Program-made: the position numbers and the translations under genes
The notes under the pieces: model-generated
Database searches by the model: none
Told to the model about the DNA's origin: nothing
What the model saw: the letters and a program-made list of their open reading frames with translations, nothing else
Source of the DNA: Pyrodictium delaneyi
Lineage (GTDB): Archaea > Thermoproteota > Thermoprotei_A > Sulfolobales > Pyrodictiaceae
NCBI RefSeq assembly: GCF_001412615.1
Contig: NZ_CP013011.1
Span: forward strand, 30,001-62,000
Reading direction: 5' to 3'
DNA length: 32,000 nt
Part shown: piece by piece, positions 26,302 to 32,000 of the stretch
How the letters are laid out: each line of letters opens with the position of its first letter
How positions within the stretch are numbered: the stretch's first letter is position 1

Positions 26302-26380
26302 ATCCCCAGTGGACCGCCATGTATACTCCGGCAAGACGAGAAGGCGTTTTAAAAGATTTCTCATATCGTAGCATCTTAGT

Positions 26381-27226
26381 CTAGTATATATGTACACACG
26401 GAGTAAATTTGCTAGCATACTCTCTGTCGGTGGTTATGACGTAGCATTGGTCGATGTTGTAGTCTTTTACTATTCTGACTATAAGATGTGGGGGGAGATC
26501 AATAGGCTCTACTAGTATTAGTATGTCAGGTCTAAACTCTTCTAATGCACTAATAACGCCAATGAGTTTATCGCTAACATATAATCTATCTCCTAGATAT
26601 TTGACAATAACGTGTTTGTTATTCAAAGAATCTGTAAGAATGTTCTTCATATCAACAACTAGCGATATAGTATCTCTATTAATTGTGTCCAGAATTTGAT
26701 TAACAATAGACTGTATATTGTTATGTTTACCAAGTATAGCGCAGCATCTGTCTATATTATGAACTGTACCATCGCTATTACATACTGTTGCCTTTATACT
26801 GCTTGTATACATATTTATTATTCTAACGATATCTTCATATGATAAAGAAGATGCCTCAATATATAGTCGGGCCCTTGGAGGTATACCTTCTATGACATAG
26901 GTTACACGTTTAGAAGAAAACGAAAGCCTGCGTAGTATATGCTCAAGATTCCTTGTATCATTTGTCAAGACAGTTTTAGGTACTATACGCGAAGATCTTA
27001 ACTCTATGCAGAGAATATCACGTCTTTTCCAAAAATGGTAAACTAGTATAGCGATAAGGATTGTGAGTGCGTAAGGGAGTAGTAGAGAGTCAGCGTGTAT
27101 GTTTATGGTGGGCAGTATCTTATGTAAGGAGAGGCCTAGCCCGTTTGCTAGCAGTAAGATACTTGCAACTAAAAGAAGTATGGCTGGTCTTGGCATATTA
27201 TGAAGCTTCCCTAGTATTTCGCGCAA
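26381..27226 (-). CDS. AT-rich hypothetical membrane-anchored protein (two N-terminal TM helices)
   Basis: 281-aa ORF rich in Asn, Ile and Lys. It has two hydrophobic segments (AILLLVASILLLANGLGL and LLLPYALTILIAILVYHF), then a ~200-aa soluble part with no Walker or other motif I recognise. Confidence 0.55.
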   Translation of the reverse strand: MREILGKLHNMPRPAILLLVASILLLANGLGLSLHKILPTINIHADSLLLPYALTILIAILVYHFWKRRDILCIELRSSRIVPKTVLTNDTRNLEHILRRLSFSSKRVTYVIEGIPPRARLYIEASSLSYEDIVRIINMYTSSIKATVCNSDGTVHNIDRCCAILGKHNNIQSIVNQILDTINRDTISLVVDMKNILTDSLNNKHVIVKYLGDRLYVSDKLIGVISALEEFRPDILILVEPIDLPPHLIVRIVKDYNIDQCYVITTDREYASKFTPCVHIY

Positions 27227-27337
27227 TGATTAGTGCAGCATAAGGCTGGCAGAGGCAAGCGAAGCTTTTTTCTTCAAAAGCCTTCTGCTAAACTACAGAG
27301 GCGAAGGATAAGACATGAAATAAAGCTAAACTATATT

Positions 27338-27724
27338 TCAGAGTTTCGAGATTTTTATATAGATTTTCTCAATTGGATTAATATCAAGTTTTTCCTTAGA
27401 CCTTATAATGAATAGCAAACCGCCTATAGACACTAGAACAGCAAATTTGCCGTCTTCTTCCTTCATTGATACAACAGTGCCGTAGCCGACGAAGTCTTCA
27501 CCCTCCTTATACTCGGGTATATCCTTTGATATGGTTACCTCAACTTCAGTTCCGGGCTCGTATATCACTAGGTCTTTATGGAGGTCCATCTCTACCTCAT
27601 AGTCGCCGTCAAAGCTCTTTATTTTTGCTAGGAACATCTTTGGTATAAGTTCTGGCTCTAACGACTCAACTTTACCTTTAAATTCTACTATGATATCTGC
27701 CAACTCTGTATTACACCCTAGCAT
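27338..27724 (-). CDS. rpo8: DNA-directed RNA polymerase subunit Rpo8 (RpoG), crenarchaeal
   Basis: DFVGYGTVVSMKEEDGKFAVLVSIGGLLFIIRSKEKL parallels, from memory, Sulfolobus Rpo8 DFCGHGYIVT...ITIISLFGLLVKIISNKE. The size (128 aa) fits. Confidence 0.6.
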   Translation of the reverse strand: MLGCNTELADIIVEFKGKVESLEPELIPKMFLAKIKSFDGDYEVEMDLHKDLVIYEPGTEVEVTISKDIPEYKEGEDFVGYGTVVSMKEEDGKFAVLVSIGGLLFIIRSKEKLDINPIEKIYIKISKL

Positions 27725-27794
27725 AGCCTCTACACTTACGGAGATAAAACTCTACACTCTATGTTCTCGGTCTTGCCTATAACCTGGATAGCCG

Positions 27795-27804
27795 TATTTA
27801 AAAA
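27795..27804 (+). promoter_or_regulatory. TATA-box-like element upstream of the SmAP3-tgtA pair
   Basis: TATTTAAAAA lies ~40 nt upstream of GTG 27843. Confidence 0.4.
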
Positions 27805-27842
27805 TCCCATTACCTGTACTGAAGTGATACGGTGCAGAAGTA

Positions 27843-28301
27843 GTGGCTTCCGTAATGGCTCCTTCTGCAGCTAGACGGCTACTTGCCGAGCTAAACAACC
27901 TAGTAGGGAAACGTATCGAGGTAGTACTCGTTGATGGACGTAAATATTCTGGGACGCTTCTAGGCTTTGATCATCCGGAGATGAATATAGTGCTTGGCAA
28001 TGTTGAAATAGGTGAGGAAAGGATACCAAGAATATTCATAATGGGGCGGGTAATAGCTGAGATAAGAGCGTATGAGACGACACTCTTCGATCCACGTGAG
28101 TTTGCAAACTATGTGGCAAAGAAGCTTGGTTTACGTCCCGACGCTATAAAGGTATTCCAAGACGCGGGTGTAGTAGTCATATACAATAGTATCCGCGTAA
28201 CCGCGAATGGCGTAGAGGGTGCAGGACCACTCGTAGCAAAAGTAAGCTACGTGCTCAAAGAGTATCTTGAAGCTAAGAGGAGGGGAGAACAGCCCCATTG
28301 A
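27843..28301 (+). CDS. Sm-like archaeal protein with a C-terminal extension (SmAP3 type)
   Basis: 152-aa ORF. The N-terminal Sm fold is LNNLVGKRIEVVLVDGRKYSGTLLGFDHPEMNIVLGNVE...IFIMGRVI, followed by a ~70-aa extra domain as in crenarchaeal SmAP3. Starts at GTG 27843 or ATG 27855. Confidence 0.75.
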   Translation: MASVMAPSAARRLLAELNNLVGKRIEVVLVDGRKYSGTLLGFDHPEMNIVLGNVEIGEERIPRIFIMGRVIAEIRAYETTLFDPREFANYVAKKLGLRPDAIKVFQDAGVVVIYNSIRVTANGVEGAGPLVAKVSYVLKEYLEAKRRGEQPH

Positions 28302-29866
28302 ATAGGATAGGAGTTTTTGAAATAAAGGATAAAGATCTAGCTGGGAGAATAGGTAAGCTCTACACACCCCATGGTATACTAGAGACTCCAGCACTACTAC
28401 CTGTTATAGACATAGTACGCCAGGAAGTCTCTATCAAGGAAATAGAGTCTCTAGGCTTCAATGCAGTAATTACTAACGCCTATCTGCTATGGAAACGCAT
28501 GAGAAGTAGAGCTGTAGAACAAGGAGTACACGGCATACTAGGATTCAATGGAATAATAATGACGGACTCCGGTGCATACCAGATACTACAATACGGCAGG
28601 GTGAGTATAACACCTGGCGATGTTATCGACTTCCAGAAAAAGATAGGTAGTGATATAGCTGTAATTCTAGACATACCTACCGGAAATACTAAAGATCCCG
28701 AACAGGCGCGATACAGCGTTGAAGAGACGCTGAGACGTGCACGCGAAGCCCTTAGCTATATAGATGATAACAGAATATGGACACTCCCCGTGCAAGGAGG
28801 CCCCTTCCTTGATCTCCTTGAGAAAAGTGCTAGAGAATCGGCACAGATGTCTCGCTACAGACTTTATGCATTGGGAAGCCCTACAGTACTTCTAGAAAGA
28901 TATGATTACGCAACCCTAGTAGAAATGATATACACTGTACGCCTCCATCTGCCTAGAAGCAGGCCACTCCATCTCTTCGGAGCAGGGCATCCAATGATAA
29001 TACCATTTGCAGTAGCACTCGGGGTGGATATGTTCGATTCGGCATCTTACATACTGTACGCGCGAGACAACAGGTATATGACTCTAAGCAGAACATACCG
29101 GCTCGACGAGCTAGAATATTTCCCTTGCAGCTGTCCAGTATGCACTAGGTACACGCCACAAGACCTCCGAGAAATGCCAAAGCAAGAGCGTACCCGGCTC
29201 ATAGCGCTGCACAACCTCTATGTACTCCGGACAGCTATAAACGAGGTAAAGACAGCTATACGTGAGGGGAGGCTGTGGGAGCTATTAGAGGAGAGAAGCA
29301 AGGCGCATCCATCACTGGCTAGAGCTTTTAGCCGGTTCCGCCGCTACAGCAAGACGCTAGCGAGGTTGACACCCAGGGTAAAAGGCTCAACAGCGAAAGG
29401 CATCTTCCTATATGGCGGTGAGAGTGTGTTTCACCCAAAACTAGTCATTCATCACGAGCGGTTATTAAGCTACTATAGACCTAGAAAAAGTAAAGCAATA
29501 TTAATACCTGTACACCCATTAGAAAAACCATTTACAACTTCAAGGCTCTACCGTATGGCAATAGAGGAGTATGGAGCTGATGCACATATAGTAGGGTATA
29601 GCATATACATAGGTGTTATACCAGAGGAGCTCGCCGAAACATATCCATTATCACAATACGAATTAAATGATACGCCATATATAGAAGTAATAGAGCAAAC
29701 AGCACATCGCATATATGAATATATACAAAAGAACAGTGGCGTCTATAGAAGTATAGTAATAATGAAATGCGGCAAGCTGCAGTGGAGCGCTAAAGTAGTG
29801 GAAAGATTGGTAGACATGCTAAAAGGAGAAGGTATCGTAGTAGAAATTAAGGAGCATGAATGTTAG
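28298..29866 (+). CDS. tgtA: Archaeosine tRNA-guanine transglycosylase (ArcTGT), a form without a PUA domain
   Basis: FEIKDKDLAGRIGKLYTPHGILETPALLPV, IMTDSGAYQ (catalytic Asp), HLFGAGHP, and the Zn site CSCPVCTRY..H. The TTG start overlaps the SmAP3 stop (TTGA), with AGGAGG 10 nt upstream. At 522 aa it is shorter than PUA-containing ArcTGT (~580+ aa). Confidence 0.85.
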   Translation: MNRIGVFEIKDKDLAGRIGKLYTPHGILETPALLPVIDIVRQEVSIKEIESLGFNAVITNAYLLWKRMRSRAVEQGVHGILGFNGIIMTDSGAYQILQYGRVSITPGDVIDFQKKIGSDIAVILDIPTGNTKDPEQARYSVEETLRRAREALSYIDDNRIWTLPVQGGPFLDLLEKSARESAQMSRYRLYALGSPTVLLERYDYATLVEMIYTVRLHLPRSRPLHLFGAGHPMIIPFAVALGVDMFDSASYILYARDNRYMTLSRTYRLDELEYFPCSCPVCTRYTPQDLREMPKQERTRLIALHNLYVLRTAINEVKTAIREGRLWELLEERSKAHPSLARAFSRFRRYSKTLARLTPRVKGSTAKGIFLYGGESVFHPKLVIHHERLLSYYRPRKSKAILIPVHPLEKPFTTSRLYRMAIEEYGADAHIVGYSIYIGVIPEELAETYPLSQYELNDTPYIEVIEQTAHRIYEYIQKNSGVYRSIVIMKCGKLQWSAKVVERLVDMLKGEGIVVEIKEHEC

Positions 29867-29873
29867 GATCAGC

Positions 29874-30656
29874 CTACATGTATGCTCGCTCGCTGCTCGG
29901 CGGTGTCAACATATCACGCTGTTGCTGTTCCATCATTGTGATCATCTCCTCTATTTTCCTTGCTTGTTCTAGTAACTCGTCTATACTGAACTTCAAGCCG
30001 TACAACTCGTTTATCTTCTCTATAGCCGCTGCGGCAGCTCTCGGGTCCGGGCGGGCAGCCTCGGTATAGGGTAACACTGCAAGTGCTGGATAACCTCTCA
30101 CCTCTGCATGGAAGAGAAGCAACGCTAAGGGACCAACAACGTAAAGACCTTTATCCATGCGTGGCTCCTCCAGGCTACGTGTATAGGCTGATGTAGCTAC
30201 CCAGCGAAGTTTTTCATCACCTTGCTTAAACCGTGAATCAAATCCTCCTATGAGCACGGCTTCCTTAACACCTATAGTAGCTAGGAAATCAACTATAGCC
30301 TCAGCAAATCGGCTACGCTCTTGTACTACAGGTATATCGTGGTTAACTAGTAGCGCTATACGTTTTCCATTATTGTTACAACTATATAGGGTGAAGGGGC
30401 CTACAACGCCATTCGAGCTAGGTGTAACAGCTTCCGGCATGTACTTCGTTATAATATAGCCAGCCTCCTTGCATTCAGCGGTATCAGCTAGATGTAGTGT
30501 TGCAATATACCCGACGGCACCGTACCCCTTAAACCCTGTTATGAAGAGGTCTGCATTCTCAAGCTCACTGGAATAGGCTATTCTGATTGTTTTAAACTTG
30601 TGTATGTTAAACCGGCTCACTATCTCACACCTCTGGTGAATCATGCTACTCGGCAA
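29874..30656 (-). CDS. PAC2-family proteasome assembly chaperone/activator (PbaB-like) with a C-terminal HbYX motif
   Basis: FITGFKGYGAVGYIATLHL parallels, from memory, PbaB FIEGLPGIGLVGKLAAEHL. It has a coiled-coil tail and ends in ...ERAYM (hydrophobic-Tyr-X), like the PbaB DRGYL ending. Starts at TTG 30656 or ATG 30644. Confidence 0.65.
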   Translation of the reverse strand: MPSSMIHQRCEIVSRFNIHKFKTIRIAYSSELENADLFITGFKGYGAVGYIATLHLADTAECKEAGYIITKYMPEAVTPSSNGVVGPFTLYSCNNNGKRIALLVNHDIPVVQERSRFAEAIVDFLATIGVKEAVLIGGFDSRFKQGDEKLRWVATSAYTRSLEEPRMDKGLYVVGPLALLLFHAEVRGYPALAVLPYTEAARPDPRAAAAAIEKINELYGLKFSIDELLEQARKIEEMITMMEQQQRDMLTPPSSERAYM

Positions 30657-30658
30657 AC

Positions 30659-31120
30659 TTACGTATACGTATAGCCTCCCCCCCAGCAGCCTTCTTCGAG
30701 GACCTCCGTGGGGGCGAGGCGGAGCCTACCAACACCAATCAAAATACCGTCCTCGTTTAGTACTATAACTTCGTCTCCTGCTAGGAGATTAGTATCTATA
30801 CGCTTAATCATAGTGCATGGTATGCTCTTACGTAGACTCTCGATGCCCGGAACCGATATCCATGCGCGAAGCCGTGGCTCTGGCAGACGGAGAAGTCTAC
30901 GAGCACCATTTATAGATAGCGAGAACAAGTAGTCATGTGCACGAATTACTGCTAGTAAGCCCTCCTTGCCGTATACCTCGCGGATTCTCCGAGTACCCGG
31001 AGAAATGCCAACAACCACATCATCGGGTATAAGCAGGTCACCAGCTGGATAGCCAAACTGGTAGTCAGCAATGCCCTTGAGCCTATCTATTTCCTCCTGG
31101 GTAGCTGGCCTCACTATCAT
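30659..31120 (-). CDS. PUA-domain RNA-binding protein (pre-PUA plus PUA; possibly the detached ArcTGT C-terminal module)
   Basis: 153-aa ORF. The PUA-like C-terminal half is ...IDTNLLAGDEVIVLNEDGILIGVGRLRLAP. It ends 2 nt before the PbaB-like gene on the same strand. Confidence 0.6.
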   Translation of the reverse strand: MIVRPATQEEIDRLKGIADYQFGYPAGDLLIPDDVVVGISPGTRRIREVYGKEGLLAVIRAHDYLFSLSINGARRLLRLPEPRLRAWISVPGIESLRKSIPCTMIKRIDTNLLAGDEVIVLNEDGILIGVGRLRLAPTEVLEEGCWGGGYTYT

Positions 31121-31209
31121 CCCTGGATAACCTCCACCTTCTCACATACCTAAAGCCATGGAGAAGCATGTCATCTATGATCCCAGGTATGGGTTTTAAG
31201 AAGTAAGGC

Positions 31210-31334
31210 ATGGTGGGCCCGCCGGGATTTGAACCCGGGACCACGGGGTCCCGAGTCGGGCACATCCCCGCCCTCATACGGTTTTCGGGCGGGGATATGT
31301 GTACCCCGCATCCTACCAAGCTAGACGACGGGCC
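31210..31334 (-). tRNA. tRNA-Pro (anticodon CGG) with a 48-nt intron at a non-canonical position on the 5' side of the anticodon loop
   Basis: Reverse complement: GGGCCCG UC GUCU AGCUUGGUA GGAU G CGGGG [48-nt intron] (C/U)UCGGGA CCCCG UGGUC CCGGG UUCAAAU CCCGG CGGGCCC A CCA. The intron is about 31302-31255 in the 31/32 model, or 31301-31254 in the 32/33 model. A bulge-helix-bulge can be drawn: helix CGGG/CCCG flanked by the 3-nt bulges GUA and ACU. Confidence 0.85.
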
Positions 31335-31495
31335 CACCCAGCGCCTCCTAGCCCCATCTCGGCTCTTGAAACTTTGTGTGCAGTATTATTTGCGTTTCTG
31401 GGGTTGGCTATAATATCCAGAAATGTTCTCGAAGCAAGAGTAGTCGTAGTGGCTAGCTACCGTCTCTTGATAGACCTTTTGTTCAGTGAATTTTT

Positions 31496-31891
31496 ATGAG
31501 AGTAAGGAGGTTATCTCGAATAGGAGTAAGTGATATGCCGGCGAATGCAACGGATATAGGGTCTGTACTTGGCTTAGTTGAACTAATTCAGACAAATCCT
31601 CAACTGGCTGTGGCTATAATACTGCAACTTCTCCTAGGATTTGCTGCCGGCTACTATATGGCTAAGGTAGCGAAATACGTGCTAGCACTGGTTGGTGTAT
31701 TTGTTCTAGGTTCACTTATAGGTGTCTGGGGCGCCTCAGGGAGCGTTCAGGATGCGGTAGCGAGGCTACAGAACTTAGCCGAATTTAAGGATACGGCAAT
31801 AAGCATAATGAAACTATTCAGCTTCTTAATGGTGGGCCCAACAGCTGTGGGCTTCATTGTGGGAATAATTGTGGGTCTAACGCGTAAATAA
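31496..31891 (+). CDS. Small integral membrane protein (hypothetical)
   Basis: 131-aa ORF with three or four hydrophobic helices (AVAIILQLLLGFAAGYY, LALVGVFVLGSLIGVWG, LMVGPTAVGFIVGIIVGL). Met14 is an alternative start. Confidence 0.5.
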   Translation: MRVRRLSRIGVSDMPANATDIGSVLGLVELIQTNPQLAVAIILQLLLGFAAGYYMAKVAKYVLALVGVFVLGSLIGVWGASGSVQDAVARLQNLAEFKDTAISIMKLFSFLMVGPTAVGFIVGIIVGLTRK

Positions 31892-32000
31892 ATAGTGTTA
31901 GATCCCTCTATACGTGGTTTTCTTCCAAATGAATGTTTTTGTCGAGCGGAGTCATGATTGTCGAGTCTTAAGTGTCCTGGAAGCAACTTAATCATTCCGA

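Noticed and set aside
26075-26374. 99-aa minus-strand ORF
   Set aside because: It is entirely explained by the intron-containing tRNA-Tyr gene (26142-26301) and shows a PRG-rich artefact composition.
26302-27337. Integrated element at tRNA-Tyr
   Set aside because: There is no integrase and no direct repeat of a tRNA fragment. The AT-rich segment lies on the 5' side of the tRNA and merges with the core gene rpo8. I retain only the weaker compositional observation.
31083-31499. ORFs of 84, 67 and 66 aa
   Set aside because: They overlap the tRNA-Pro gene and its GC-rich intron, and have no coding-like features.

Overview
This window looks like a 32-kb chromosomal segment from a hyperthermophilic crenarchaeon, possibly Desulfurococcales/Pyrodictiaceae-like. 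That placement is inferred from gene content: Rpo8/RpoG, SmAP3, bifunctional FBP aldolase/phosphatase, a thermosome, tRNA introns including a non-canonical one, and stable RNAs that are very GC-rich against a mid-GC background. The window is densely packed with housekeeping genes, mostly for RNA and translation: Tpt1, a NOL1/NOP2/Sun m5C methyltransferase, SRP RNA, ABCE1, Cgi121, S17e, Fap7, translin, NAC, aCPSF2, Rpo8, SmAP3, ArcTGT and a PUA protein. Central metabolism is also represented (HemB, TIM, FBP aldolase/phosphatase, nucleoside phosphorylase, purine PRTase, C-N hydrolase, a secreted subtilase). There are four tRNA genes: Arg-CCG, Ser-GCU, Tyr-GUA with an 85-nt intron, and Pro-CGG with a 48-nt non-canonical intron. 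I found no CRISPR array, IS element, integrase, or recognisable defence or toxin-antitoxin system. The unexplained items, in rough order of interest: (1) a 35-codon Glu/Trp-only micro-ORF or polypurine tract just upstream of ABCE1; (2) an 828-bp AT-rich non-coding spacer with clustered ACAGGCGAT / CCTGTCAGGC motifs beside an Arg-rich orphan gene; (3) a GC-rich multi-hairpin element with its own TATA-like box downstream of SRP RNA; (4) a GC-clamped D'/C'-like (K-loop/K-turn-like) hairpin module shared by the two long tRNA introns; (5) an AT-rich membrane orphan next to tRNA-Tyr. All functional calls come from motif recognition by eye, with no database search.
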